A stretch of 64,000 nt of DNA from an uncultured Thermodesulfobacteriota bacterium (lineage in GTDB: Bacteria; Desulfobacterota; DSWW01): positions 193,467 to 257,466 of the forward strand of contig CAYZMM010000003.1 in NCBI GenBank assembly GCA_964479535.1, written 5' to 3'. This document shows positions 32,380-42,726 of the stretch, one piece after another. The notes under the pieces were generated by a model, which saw only the letters and a program-made list of their open reading frames with translations, had not been told where the DNA came from and did not search any database. Both the position numbers and the translations under genes were made by a program. The first letter of the stretch is position 1. The number at the start of each line of letters is the position of its first letter.

Positions 32380-32765
32380 CTAACTTTCCGGTTCGGCGCG
32401 GAGCCGTGCCACGGCCCTCTCGGTGGCCTCCACCACGGTGAAGCGATAGCCCGAATCGACCACGTACTCCCCTTCCTTCGGGATACGGCGCAGGTGTTCG
32501 ATGAGCATGCCTCCCACGGTGCGCACCCGGTCCCCCGGCAGGTTGACGCCCAGGACGTCGTTCACTTCCGAGAGGGGCAGCCGCGCGTCGAGAAGATAGA
32601 CGTCCTCTTCGATCGTTTCGATGGACCGCTTTCTCCTGAAAGGTTGCTCTTCGAAGCGATAGACCACCTTCACCTCACCGACCACCACTTCCAGGGCGTC
32701 TTCCAGGGTCAACATGCCCACGGCGGAGCCGTATTCGTCGACCACGACCGCCGCCTGATCCGGAG
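32380..32765 (-). pseudogene. C-terminal remnant of a CorC/HlyC-family (DUF21-CBS-CorC_HlyC) transporter-associated protein
   Basis: ...VVVDEYGSAVGMLTLEDALEVVVGEV... followed by a CorC_HlyC domain. Upstream N-terminal part is absent, and its 5' end abuts the ACS fragment. Confidence 0.55.
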
Positions 32766-33695
32766 AAGACCGCCCAGGCGATCGGCGATGCGGCGGAAAA
32801 GCTCGGCAAGCCGGTGCTCGCATGCTTCATGGGCGAGGCTAACACCAAGGCCGGCGTCCGGAAGCTGACGGAAAGGAACGTGCCGAACTACGTCTCCCCG
32901 GAGCGTGCGGTCGCGGCTCTCAGGAAGATGTTCGATCAGCACCGTTGGCAGAAGGCCGCAGTGCCCGACGTAGAGGAGATGCCCGCCGACAAGGACCGCG
33001 TCGGCGGGGTCTTCCGCAGGGTCCGATCCGAAGGGCGCGTTCAGATGGGCGACACCGAGGCGAGGGAGGTGCTGGAGGCCTACGGAATCCCGCTCCCTCC
33101 TTCACGCCTTTGCCAGAACGCGACGGAGGCCGCTCGTTTCGCCGAGGAGATCGGCTACCCCGTGGTGATGAAGATCGCCTCCCCGGACATCCTGCACAAG
33201 ACGGACATAGGGGGCGTACGCATGAACCTGCAGAGCGGAAGCGACGTGGAAGACGCCTTCGACCTGCTCACCCTCCGGGCCCGGCGATACATGGAGGACG
33301 CCGAGGTCCGGGGCTGCCTCGTGCAGCGGCAGGTGAAGCAGGGCAAGGAGGTCATCATCGGCATGAACCGGGATCCTCAGTTCGGTCCTCTCGTCATGTT
33401 CGGGCTCGGCGGGATCTACGTGGAGGTCCTGAAGGACGTGGCGTTCCGCATCGCCCCGTACGCAAGAGAGGAGGCGGAGAGTCTCGTGCGGGAGATCCGC
33501 TCGTTCAACCTCCTGAAGGGGACCAGGGGAGAGGCCGGCTCGGACATTGCAGCGGTCGTCGACACCCTGCTCAAGGTCTCTCAGCTCGTGCAGGACTTTC
33601 CGGAAATCGTGGAGCTGGACATCAATCCATTGACTGTGTTCGAAGAGGAACAGGGGGTCGCGGCGATCGACGGGCGGCTCGTCCTGGATTCGTAG
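32763..33695 (+). pseudogene. C-terminal portion (tail of ligase-CoA domain + ATP-grasp beta domain) of an ADP-forming acetyl-CoA synthetase
   Basis: ...EKTAQAIGDAAEKLGKPVLACFMG... then EAREVLEAYGIPLP...GYPVVMKIASPDILHKTDIGGV...DINPLTVFEE.... The CoA-binding N-terminal half is absent. A GTG at 32814 could still express a beta-like product. Confidence 0.6.
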
Positions 33696-33740
33696 AAAGA
33701 CAACGTCGACATTCGGGGCGGCGGCCCCTGGGAGGAAGCG

Positions 33741-34821
33741 ATGGCCACGAAACTGTACGTGAGTTCCACGCAGGTCTCTTCCGGCAAGACGGCCCTGTGT
33801 GCCGGGCTGATGGGACGATTTCGTCGAGACGGGCTGCGGGCGGGCTACATGAAGCCGGTGAGCACGCAGACACGCATCTCACCGGAGCAGGGGATAGACG
33901 AAGACACGCGGTTCATGAAAGAAGCCTTCGACCTCTCCGAATCGTTGGAGGAGATGGCACCGGTCACCCTCACCGACAAGAAGCTTGCGGCCCTCCTCAC
34001 CGGCCGGAGCGAGGATTTCCGCGACCGGGTCCGCACCGCCCTCGGGTCGGTCGGCAGAGACAAGGAAGTGGTGGTGATCGAGGGAGGAGGCAGCCTGCGC
34101 GAGGGGTGGATCATCGACCTTGCGCCCCCCCCAGACCGCGAAGCCGCTCGAAACGCGAACCCTCGAAATCGTACCTTACAAGAACGATCTGCAGGTGGTG
34201 GACGATCTGATCACGGCCCGGATCCGGCTCGAGGACAGGCTCCTGGGAGCGGTGGTCAATTCCGTACCGAAGCAGCGAATGGGCTTTCTGGGCGACAAGG
34301 TACGACCGTACGTAGAGGAGAGGGACGTACCTGTTTTCGCCGTCCTTCCCCGGGAGCGGCTCCTGCTTTCGGTCAGCGTGACGGAGCTGGCGAAGGGCCT
34401 CGGCGGAAGGGTGCTCTGCTGCGAGAAGGGCATGGAGGAACTGGTCGAAAACGTGCTCGTGGGAGCCATGAGCGCGGACACCGCTCTGATCTACTTTCGA
34501 CGGAAGACGAACAAAGCACTCGTGACCGGAGGAGACCGCACCGACATCCAGCTCGCCGCCCTGGAAACCTCGACCCGTTGCCTGATTCTCACGGGGAACA
34601 GCCACCCGGACCTTCATGTCATGATGAAAGCGGAGGACTTGAACGTCCCCATCATCCTCACGCCCCACGATACCATGACCACCGTGGGTATCATGGAGCC
34701 GTATTTCGGTGCGTCCCGTTTTCACCAGGCCGGCAAGATGCGCCGTCTCGAGAAACTCTTCGAGAAGCACATGGACTTCGACAGGCTCTACGGCGCACTG
34801 GGGCTGTCCCCCGGAACCTGA
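33741..34821 (+). CDS. stand-alone Pta N-terminal-like protein (P-loop + DRTGG domain), frameshifted at a C8 run (34125-34132)
   Basis: MATKLYVSSTQVSSGKTALCAGL... then after the C8 run ...GGDRTDIQLAALETSTRCLILTGN.... No PTA_PTB catalytic domain. Confidence 0.55.
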
Positions 34822-34854
34822 CGCTCTCCCTGCAGGAGGGCCGCCGCGGCCAGG

Positions 34855-35046
34855 CTACTGCCCCGTCTCCTCCTTGAAGCTCTCGATGGCCGAGAGGGCC
34901 AGGTAGGTCCGGTCGTTCTTGAAGTGCCCTTTGACGACCAGGTAACCGTCCTCGACCTTCTCGACGGCCCCCAGATACGAGTCCACACCGGAGTGGGTGT
35001 AAATCCTCAGCGTCTTGCCCACGAAGCCCTTCATCAGCTCTTTCAT
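34855..35046 (-). CDS. small hypothetical protein (63 aa), or frameshifted C-terminus of the UPF0182 remnant
   Basis: Clean ORF MKELMKGFVGKTLRIYTHSGVDSYLGAVEKVEDGYLVVKGHFKNDRTYLALSAIESFKEETGQ with protein-like composition. Confidence 0.3.
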   Translation of the reverse strand: MKELMKGFVGKTLRIYTHSGVDSYLGAVEKVEDGYLVVKGHFKNDRTYLALSAIESFKEETGQ

Positions 35047-35059
35047 GTCCTGCCTGCTC

Positions 35060-36375
35060 CGACAGGCCCTCCAGGGCCGTCTGCAGTGCTTCGAGGGACC
35101 GGGAGGCCTCCTGAAAACGCTTCTCTCCCAGATGGCGCAGGTAGTTCTCGAAGGCCTCGTCGAAGGACTGTCCGTAGCTGAGCGTGTCCCCGTGCATGAC
35201 CGCCACCAGCCTCAGCTCCGGGTAGGCCGCCGTTTCCGCCTGGAGATAGATGGGCTCCACGTAGAGCAGTGTCTCCCCGATCGGAATGGCGAGCACGTTG
35301 CCTCGAATGACATTCGACCCCCTCTGATCCCAGAGGGTCAGCTGACCGGACAGAAAGCGGTCCTGGTCGATCTTCGTCTCCGCCTGCTGGGGCCCGAGGA
35401 CGCGCTTCTCCTTCGGGAACTTGTAGGCGAGGACGCGGCCGTACTGGCCCGGGTCGCACATGCCGGCGATCCAGCCGATCATGACCTGCCGGTTCTTCGG
35501 CGTGAAGGGCATCATCAGGACGAACTCCGGCTCGTCCGTGTCCGGCAGATCCCAGATCACGTAGTACGGTTCCACCGGCTGCACCGACTGGTAGTACTTC
35601 TCCGTCGCCCGGATCCAAAGGTCCTCCTGATTGTAGAAGACCGCCGGATCGGTCATGTGGTACTTCGCATAGGCCAGCCCCTGGATCAGCAGCATGTTGG
35701 CCGGGTATCGCACGTGCGCCTGCAGGTCGGCGGGCATCTCGGCCTTGTCACGGAACAGGTCCGGGAAGATCTTTCTCCAGACCCGTATGATCGGGTCCTC
35801 TTCATCGTAAACGTAAAGTTCGACCGTTCCGTTGTAGGCGTCGATCACCGCTTTCGCCGCATTTCGGATGTAATTGACCGTACCGAACCCCGAAAACCGT
35901 GCGGGCATCGCAAGCCCCCTCCGCTGTCGCCTCTGGGTCGCCTTGTAAGGCAGCGTCTGCGCTGTAGAGAACGGCTCGCTGTAGGGGTAGGGTTCAGGAA
36001 CTTCAGGATCGTCTCCCAGTTTCCGAGCCCCCAGAATCCTCCGATCACGCCTCCGGCGGCCACGGCGTAGCCTCTTGCGCGCCGCTTCCGCGCGTCCAGG
36101 GGAATCGTGAGGGTGGTAACCCAAAGAACGCCGAAGAGGGCTCCGGCGGTGGCGCAGGTGGCCTCCGCCCCGAGAACTTTCCAGAAACGCTCCGCGTACC
36201 CGAGGGAGGCGAACCACAAGACCTCGCCCCACACACTCAAGGCGGAAAAGAGCAGAAGGACCGCCGCTCCGGCGAGGATTCCGGCTGAAACGTAGAGGTT
36301 TTTTCCTCTTCTCAAGCCGGTCACTGCGAGAAGACCGGCCACGAACAACAGCACGACGAGAACGGCCAAGGACAT
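35060..36375 (-). pseudogene. UPF0182-family membrane protein with large internal deletion (N-terminal TM block + C-terminal ~300 aa)
   Basis: 36375 -> ~35975 gives MSLAVLVVLLF...GNWETILKFLNPTPT. The frame then changes into ...NYIRNAAKAVIDAYNGTVELYVYDE...FVLMMPFTPKNRQVMIGWIAGM...LLYVEPIYLQAE..., typical of the UPF0182 C-terminus. Family members are ~900-1000 aa. Confidence 0.5.
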
Positions 36376-36395
36376 ACTTCGGCTCCTTCCCCGGG

Positions 36396-36740
36396 CTAAC
36401 CTTTCTTCCCCCGGACGGCCTTCTTCCGCTTGCCGCTCTTCCTCAGCTTCTCGATCATCTCCTCCACCTCATTCTCGCCCTCCGCGTAGTAGCCTTCCTC
36501 CTCCGAATCGAGCTCCTTGAGAAGACGCCAGAACTCACCCACATGTTCCCGCTCTTCGTTCGCCACATCCACGAGCACCTCCCGGGCCAGGGGGTGATCC
36601 GTGGACTCCGCCGTCTGCACGTAAAGCTGAATCGCTTCGAATTCGGCGGCAATCATGAAGCGGATCGCTCGGATCAGTTCTTCCTGGGTGAGCTTTCGGT
36701 CGCTCTTCCTAACGACGAAGGGGGAGCTGAACTCTGGCAT
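36396..36740 (-). CDS. ferritin-like / rubrerythrin-like diiron domain protein
   Basis: 114 aa with E...ExxH-type pattern (EFEAIQLYVQ...EEREHVGEFW). Basic C-terminal tail. Confidence 0.55.
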   Translation of the reverse strand: MPEFSSPFVVRKSDRKLTQEELIRAIRFMIAAEFEAIQLYVQTAESTDHPLAREVLVDVANEEREHVGEFWRLLKELDSEEEGYYAEGENEVEEMIEKLRKSGKRKKAVRGKKG

Positions 36741-36901
36741 GTCGATTCTCCTCGATACGGTTTGCGTTTGTGTGGTATGAACAGCAAAAGCAGTGCCAAG
36801 GTCTGCAGTCGAGAGGACTCACCGAAATGCGCGTCCGGGGCCTGAGCCCGCGGTGCCCCGTGTCCCGTCCGTGCACACCAGGGCCCCTGGGAAAGGCGCC
36901 T

Positions 36902-36918
36902 TGTGCCGAACCTGCACA
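36902..36918. promoter_or_regulatory. TGTGC-N7-GCACA site (extended TTGTGC...GCACAA) in divergent promoter region
   Basis: ttgtgccgaacctgcacaa read directly. Confidence 0.5.
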
Positions 36919-37084
36919 ACTCGCTAGCATGCACGGGCCGGCCGGTCCAACGATACAGGGCTGGATGCGGACCGCCTCAACCCTGCCTGCCTGGCGGATG
37001 CTGGCACAAGCCTTGCTGCTTGTCGGGTCGAAAACCACCGCATCCAAGGGATGGAAGGACCGAACCCTGAAAAAGGAGCCGAGC

Positions 37085-38647
37085 ATGAGTACTGAGCACA
37101 CTCTGGCAAGTGTGGACGAGCTGAAAGACGGGGAAATGAAGGAAATCAAGGTCAGCGAGGACTTGACCATCCTCCTGGTCCGGATCGACCGTGAATTCCG
37201 CGCCTTTGGCGGGACCTGCCCGCATCACGGTGCTTCTCTGGCCGAAGGCGTTCTTCAGGGGAATCACATCCGCTGCCCCTGGCACCATGCCGTCTTCGAC
37301 GCGAAGACCGGTGCGGTCACGGAGGTTCCCTCCCTCGACTCGATCCCCAGGTTCGAGGTCCGAATCGACGGGGACAAGGTGGTCGTCATCCTTCCCGACG
37401 ACCCTCCCAGGGCGTGCACCCCGGAGATGGCCCGACCCGACTCCGGAAGGGACGATCGAACCTTCGTCATCCTCGGCACGGGCGCCGCCGGAATCACGGC
37501 AGCCGAGACCCTCCGGAGGGAGGGGTTCCAGGGAAAGGTCCTCATGCTCACCCGGGACGCCCACATGCCCTACGACCGAACGGACCTGAGCAAGCCCTAT
37601 CTGCGGAAACCCGACGCCCCGAAGCCCTTTCTGCGGCCGGAGGGATTCTACGAGAAGAACGGTATCGAGATCCTGACGAACCACGAGGTTACGCGCGTGC
37701 ACTCGAAGACCAGGACCCTCTCCCTCTGGAACGGCACGGAGTTGTCCTACGACCAGATCCTCCTCGCCACCGGGGCGGTGCCGAGGCGACTGGGGGTGCC
37801 AGGGGAGGGCTTGAAGAACGTTCTCGTGCTCCGGGATCTCGACGACTGCGAGGCGCTTCGTGCCGTGGCACAGGAGAAGGGCCGCGCTGTGGTGGTGGGT
37901 GCGAGCTTCATCGCCATGGAGGTGTGTGCCGCCCTGGTCGAACGGGGCCTGTCGGTCACGGTGGTGGCTCCGGAATCGGTCCCTTACGAAACCACCCTCG
38001 GCCCGGAGATCGGGCGGATGTACCGGAAAGCCCACGAAGAACGCGGAGTCGTCTTCCAGCTCGGAAACAAGGTGGACCGCTTCGAGGGGGACGGGAAGCT
38101 CTCCCGGGTGCTTCTGGAAGGCGGCGAGGGGATCGAGGCCGATCTCGCCGTGGTAGGCGTCGGCGTCGATCCCGTAACCGGTTATCTCGAGGGAGCGGGT
38201 CCTTCCGGGGGCGCGGGCCTGGAGGTAGACGGCCGACAGCTCGTGACGGAGGGCGTGTACGCGGCCGGGGACATCGCCAGGTTTCCGGACTGGCGCACCA
38301 AAGAGCCGATCCGCATCGAGCACTGGCGGGTGGCACAGCAGCAGGGTCAGGTGGCCGCCCGGAACATGGTCGGCCGCCCGAGCACGTTCCAGGGAGCGCC
38401 CTTCTTCTGGACGAACCAGTATTTCGTGATTACCTCCTATGTGGGTCATGCCGCCGAGTGGGAGGAGGTCGTCTTCGAAGGAGACCCGGCGGAACAGCGA
38501 TTCGTGGCCTTCTATGTGCGGGGCGGAAGGGTTCTGGCCGCGGCCGGGTGTGCGGAGGAGCGCAAGATGTGCCGGCTGTCCGAGTTGCTGGGGGCTCCCG
38601 AAGCACCGAAGCTGTCCGGGATCCAGGACGAACTCCGCAAATCCTAG
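37085..38647 (+). CDS. Rieske [2Fe-2S] domain fused to FAD/NAD(P)H pyridine-nucleotide-disulfide oxidoreductase (AIF/ferredoxin-reductase-like)
   Basis: CPHHG...CPWHH Rieske motif. GTGAAG and GxGxxG dinucleotide folds. AAGGAG RBS. Confidence 0.8.
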   Translation: MSTEHTLASVDELKDGEMKEIKVSEDLTILLVRIDREFRAFGGTCPHHGASLAEGVLQGNHIRCPWHHAVFDAKTGAVTEVPSLDSIPRFEVRIDGDKVVVILPDDPPRACTPEMARPDSGRDDRTFVILGTGAAGITAAETLRREGFQGKVLMLTRDAHMPYDRTDLSKPYLRKPDAPKPFLRPEGFYEKNGIEILTNHEVTRVHSKTRTLSLWNGTELSYDQILLATGAVPRRLGVPGEGLKNVLVLRDLDDCEALRAVAQEKGRAVVVGASFIAMEVCAALVERGLSVTVVAPESVPYETTLGPEIGRMYRKAHEERGVVFQLGNKVDRFEGDGKLSRVLLEGGEGIEADLAVVGVGVDPVTGYLEGAGPSGGAGLEVDGRQLVTEGVYAAGDIARFPDWRTKEPIRIEHWRVAQQQGQVAARNMVGRPSTFQGAPFFWTNQYFVITSYVGHAAEWEEVVFEGDPAEQRFVAFYVRGGRVLAAAGCAEERKMCRLSELLGAPEAPKLSGIQDELRKS

Positions 38648-38661
38648 AGTGCAGGTGCACC

Positions 38662-38862
38662 TCACTCCCAGAATCGCTTGCCTCTCCGGATGCGCAGGAC
38701 GGCCACCACCAGCAGGCCTGTGAAGGGGATCGCCGAAATAATGAAGAGCGCCAGGGCTCCGGTGCCGCGTCCCCCAAGGAAGAGCAGAAGCTGGACCAAA
38801 CAGACAGCCCCGCAAAAGAGGATGCCGACGCCGAGGATGAACCAGGTGAGCGATTCTTTCAT
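38662..38862 (-). CDS. small two-TM membrane protein (66 aa)
   Basis: MKESLTWFILGVGILFCGAVCLVQLLLFLGGRGTGALALFIISAIPFTGLLVVAVLRIRRGKRFWE with an AGGAA RBS. Inside a longer ORF-track frame. Confidence 0.4.
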   Translation of the reverse strand: MKESLTWFILGVGILFCGAVCLVQLLLFLGGRGTGALALFIISAIPFTGLLVVAVLRIRRGKRFWE

Positions 38863-38989
38863 TCTTCGTTCCTGTTGTAAATGCAAGCGTCCGGATCTGT
38901 CCCAGTGGAGGAGCAACAAGTATGCCAACCCTGGAACCGGTCTCGAGGGCCGATTCAGTGCCGAATGGTGAGAGGACCCGGGAAGAAGA

Positions 38990-39006
38990 TGTGCGGACTC
39001 TGCACA
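38990..39006. promoter_or_regulatory. TGTGC-N7-GCACA site (first of two upstream of 39174)
   Basis: tgtgcggactctgcaca read directly. Confidence 0.5.
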
Positions 39007-39029
39007 ATTCCCGCTCCCTGCTCCACGAT

Positions 39030-39046
39030 TGTGCCCTTTCTGCACA
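39030..39046. promoter_or_regulatory. TGTGC-N7-GCACA site (second of two upstream of 39174)
   Basis: tgtgccctttctgcaca read directly. Confidence 0.5.
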
Positions 39047-39173
39047 GCGCTGCATGGGGGCACAGATGTGGGCTGCCCGGCTGTGCAACGGTTTCCGGTG
39101 ATGTCGAGCGCGGGTGGCACTGCAATTGCTCGTTGCATTCCGTGAAGCGTAAGGCGGGAAGGAGTCCCGAGCC

Positions 39174-39542
39174 ATGCGAAACGAGCAAAGGATCTCCCTG
39201 CTGGTTCTTGGATCGGCAAGAAACAAGGCGTTCGCACGGATACTGAGGGAATCCCGGTTCGAACCGACCTTCCTCACGTCCATGGAAGAGGTTCTCTACG
39301 CGCTTCGCAGCACGCAGGCCTCCGCGGTCCTCGTGGACCGGGACGGAAAGAGCGCGGACGACCTGGAACTGGTGCTCAATATCCGGGACCTGGACGAGCG
39401 GATCCCCATCATCCTGATCGGTTCCCCTGCAGAGGGCCGGACAGAAGAGCTCCTCCGGAGACAGCCGGCCACCATTCTGGTCCACAAGGCTGCGGGAGAC
39501 ACTTCCCTGCGGCAGGACCTGAGACCCTTCCTGAACGGCTGA
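39174..39542 (+). CDS. stand-alone receiver-like (CheY-fold) domain protein, atypical
   Basis: 122 aa. Alternating beta/alpha pattern with ...VLVDRDG... acidic pocket. No output domain. AAGGAG RBS. Confidence 0.45.
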   Translation: MRNEQRISLLVLGSARNKAFARILRESRFEPTFLTSMEEVLYALRSTQASAVLVDRDGKSADDLELVLNIRDLDERIPIILIGSPAEGRTEELLRRQPATILVHKAAGDTSLRQDLRPFLNG

Positions 39543-39658
39543 AACGGCCGGCCCGTCTCCCCGGCTCGCAGCGCCCCCGGCATTTGTATTTGTGCAACGA
39601 GACAGGCATATTGTGAACGTGCACGGATCGCGAAGAACCGTCCGCTGAGTAGGAGCCC

Positions 39659-40699
39659 ATGCCCCGGCTGAATCGACCCATCCCACAAAAGGTCTGGACC
39701 CGTTATCCCACCGAAAGGCTTCTCGACGTACGCATGTGTGACCTCGACCTTTCCATCGAAGGGACCGTGCTCGAGGAGCGGATCGAAAGGGTCCATGAGG
39801 AGCTGGAGGCTCGCGACATCCGGCTGCAGCCCTACTTCTGGCTTTCCGATGACTGGTTCACACCGAACGGAATCACCGGATCGGCCATCCCCTTCTATCT
39901 GGCGCACCCGAGGCTGATGCGGCTGGAGCGGAGCCAGGTCGACGAGGTGGAGGGGGGGACGCGGGACTGGTGCATGAAGCTCCTTCGGCACGAGGTGGGG
40001 CACGCCCTCGACCACGCCTTCTTCCTCTACCGGAGGCGCCGCCGCCAGCAGCTATTCGGCCTCTCGTCCCACCGGTATCCCCGCTTCTACAGACCCAACC
40101 CATACAGCAGACACCACGTGCAGCATCTCGAGCACTGGTACGGCCAGAGCCACCCGGACGAGGATTTTGCCGAAACCTTTGCCGTGTGGCTCAAGCCCCG
40201 CTCGCAGTGGCGGAAGCAGTACCAGGGGTGGCCGGCACTGAACAAGCTCGAGTATGTTAACGAACTCATGTCCGAAATCGCGGGCCGGAAGCCGCCTCAT
40301 CGAACGAGAGCCAGAGTCGATTCGCTGCCCACGCTGCGGAAAACCCTGCGTGAGCACTACAGGCGGAAGCAGCAAACCTACGGGACCGAGTACCCGGACT
40401 TCTACGATCGCGACCTGAGGAGACTCTTCACCGAGAGACCGGGCCCGAAGAGAAGGGAATCCGCCGCCGCCTTCATACGTCGGGTCCAGCCTGAGGTGAT
40501 CCGTCTCGTTTCGCCCCTGACCGGCCAGAACCGCTATGTCCTGGAACAGGTTCTGCGCGACATGATCGGTCGTTGCCGGGAGTTGAAGCTCTACAAAACA
40601 AACAAAGCAGACACCCGAGGGAGAGTCGAGCTGGCGATTCTGCTGACCAAACACACGGTGGATTCCCTGTACAGAAAGCCGAGGTGGGTCGAACTGTGA
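39659..40699 (+). CDS. zincin-like metallopeptidase (HExxH), MtfA/M90-like
   Basis: LLRHEVGHALDH and downstream DEDFAETFAVW motifs. Confidence 0.55.
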   Translation: MPRLNRPIPQKVWTRYPTERLLDVRMCDLDLSIEGTVLEERIERVHEELEARDIRLQPYFWLSDDWFTPNGITGSAIPFYLAHPRLMRLERSQVDEVEGGTRDWCMKLLRHEVGHALDHAFFLYRRRRRQQLFGLSSHRYPRFYRPNPYSRHHVQHLEHWYGQSHPDEDFAETFAVWLKPRSQWRKQYQGWPALNKLEYVNELMSEIAGRKPPHRTRARVDSLPTLRKTLREHYRRKQQTYGTEYPDFYDRDLRRLFTERPGPKRRESAAAFIRRVQPEVIRLVSPLTGQNRYVLEQVLRDMIGRCRELKLYKTNKADTRGRVELAILLTKHTVDSLYRKPRWVEL

Positions 40700-41727
40700 G
40701 GAAGCTGCGTGTCCTGCTGCTGGTAACCGAGGGGCTCGAGCCGCCCGAAACCATCGAGGGCTTGAGCGACGACGAGGTGGAGACCGCCCCGTGGAAGACG
40801 GAGTACGACGTGATGGTGTCCCTGAGGGAACTCGGCCACGACGTGCGCTACCTCGCCATTCACAGTGATCTCGTGGCCCTGCGGAAGGAGATCAAAGACT
40901 GGAAGCCCCACATCGCCTTCAACCTCCTCGAGGAATACGCCGGCGTCTCCCTGTACGACCAGAACGTGGTCTCATTCCTCGAACTGATGCAGGTCCCTTA
41001 CACGGGCTGTAATCCGAAAGGCCTGATGATTGCACGGGACAAAGCACTTTCGAAGAAGCTCCTCGCCTACCATCGGATCCGCGTGCCCTCCTTCGCCGTG
41101 TTTCCTTACGGCAGGCGGGTCAGGCGGCCGAAGCGACTGAACTATCCGATCTTCGTCAAGTCCGCCGTGGAGGATGCGTCCTACGGCATCTCCCAGGCCT
41201 CCCTGGTCCGGGACGATGACACCCTGGCCGAGCGCGTCGCCTTTGTTCACGAGCAGACCGGCGCGGACGCGATTGCCGAAGAGTTCATCGAAGGAAGGGA
41301 GCTCTATGTGGGGGTCGTGGGGAACAAACGGCTGGAGGTGCTGCCCGTCTGGGAGCTGTTCTTCGACAAGAAGCCGGAGAACGCACCGCTGATCCTGACC
41401 GCTGCAGCGAAGTGGAACCTCAAGTATCAGAAGAGATGGGGCGTGACCAGCCGGGCGGCGAGAGGGCTCAGCGAAGACTTCGTTCGCCGAATGGAACATC
41501 GATGCAGGCGGATCTATCGAATCCTGGGACTGAGCGGCTACGCCCGCCTGGACTATCGCCTCACCCCGGAAGGAAAGGTCTACTTCCTGGAGGCGAACCC
41601 GAACCCGGCGCTCTCCTACGGGGAGGACTTCGCCGAATCCGCGGAGAAGAAGGGCACCCCTTACAACCGGCTCATTCACCGAATCATGAATCTCGGCCTG
41701 CGCTGGAAACCCCTGCAGGTCCGCTAG
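40696..41727 (+). CDS. ATP-grasp enzyme, D-Ala-D-Ala ligase-like
   Basis: Ddl-like pre-ATP-grasp and ATP-grasp motifs (PIFVKSAVEDASYGIS..., ...EFIEGRELYVGVVG..., ARLDYRL...YFLEANPNP). GTGA overlap with the peptidase gene. Confidence 0.7.
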   Translation: MRKLRVLLLVTEGLEPPETIEGLSDDEVETAPWKTEYDVMVSLRELGHDVRYLAIHSDLVALRKEIKDWKPHIAFNLLEEYAGVSLYDQNVVSFLELMQVPYTGCNPKGLMIARDKALSKKLLAYHRIRVPSFAVFPYGRRVRRPKRLNYPIFVKSAVEDASYGISQASLVRDDDTLAERVAFVHEQTGADAIAEEFIEGRELYVGVVGNKRLEVLPVWELFFDKKPENAPLILTAAAKWNLKYQKRWGVTSRAARGLSEDFVRRMEHRCRRIYRILGLSGYARLDYRLTPEGKVYFLEANPNPALSYGEDFAESAEKKGTPYNRLIHRIMNLGLRWKPLQVR

Positions 41728-41813
41728 ACCGCACATTGCAAGAAGCTTACGTCGCTCGCAGTAGAAGGCTTCGTGCAATATGCGGGCGAACCACCATCTG
41801 CCATCGGGGTCTC

Positions 41814-42509
41814 ATGCCAGAGCTGACCGTCGCCACGTACAATGTGCACCAGTGGTTCGGGTCGGACGGCCGGCGCAATTTCGATCGGGGCGTTCGGGCC
41901 GTTCGGGAGTTGAACGCCGATATCCTGGGCCTGCAGGAGGTCACCGTACCCCACCAGGACGAGATCCCGCTCATGGAGGACCACCTTTCCGGGGCCACGG
42001 GAATGCGGGTCGTCTTCGGGCCCACCATGCTCCGGGGGGATACCTCCTTCGGCAACGTCCTGCTTCACCGGCACGACTTGGTGGAGATCCGCCACCATGA
42101 CCTGTCCTTGCCGGGCAGAGAGCCCCGAGGGGCGATCGAAGTCCTCCTTCGTGCACACGGAAGATCCGTGCACGTGGTGACGACCCATCTCGGGGTCAAG
42201 GCCCCGGAGCGAAGCAGCCAGGTCCGGCACCTGCTGCGGGTTCTGGATGTTTCCGAGGGCGAACTCTTCTGTCTCATGGGGGATTTCAACCACTGGCTTC
42301 CGGGAAGAGACTCCCTTTCGGATCTGAACCGGCGATTCGGCAAGAGCTTCCGTGTACGTACCTTTCCCGCCCGGTTCCCGCTCTTTCCTCTCGACAGGAT
42401 ATGGGTCCGCCCCCGCAGCCAGCTCGAGCGGATCCAGGCCCACCGGTCCCCGACTGCACGTCTGGCCTCGGACCATCTCCCCCTGAAAGCGACCGTCCGG
42501 CTGCTGTGA
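41814..42509 (+). CDS. endonuclease/exonuclease/phosphatase (EEP) family protein
   Basis: ...TYNVHQWFG..., LQEV, GDFNHW, SDHLP motifs. Second EEP paralogue in the window. Confidence 0.7.
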   Translation: MPELTVATYNVHQWFGSDGRRNFDRGVRAVRELNADILGLQEVTVPHQDEIPLMEDHLSGATGMRVVFGPTMLRGDTSFGNVLLHRHDLVEIRHHDLSLPGREPRGAIEVLLRAHGRSVHVVTTHLGVKAPERSSQVRHLLRVLDVSEGELFCLMGDFNHWLPGRDSLSDLNRRFGKSFRVRTFPARFPLFPLDRIWVRPRSQLERIQAHRSPTARLASDHLPLKATVRLL

Positions 42510-42726
42510 GGCGTTGCCCGCCCGGATCCCTCCGCGCGAGGGACCCCTGTACCAAATGTGCACACAAACCGCCCCGAAGGGGACGGGCACCGCACGATGT
42601 TTCCACCCTGCAGCCGCTGTAGGGATGTTTCACCCCCCCTCTCAAAGCAGGAAACCCGTAGGATGAGCTTTGCGGGACAGGTAGAGACGGAGCCGGGACC
42701 TACCCGCTCCCGACAGGTGGATCACC

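Noticed and set aside
31837-32868. Single 343-aa ORF spanning the P-ATPase N-terminus through the CorC region
   Set aside because: This is a composite read-through of unrelated frames. Only its first ~23 aa ([11 protein letters not shown]...) are protein-like; the rest is antisense or out-of-frame junk.
36396-36740. Possibility that the ferritin-like protein is an encapsulin cargo (EncFtn)
   Set aside because: There is no encapsulin shell gene nearby. The C-terminus is Lys-rich rather than a GSL-type targeting peptide.
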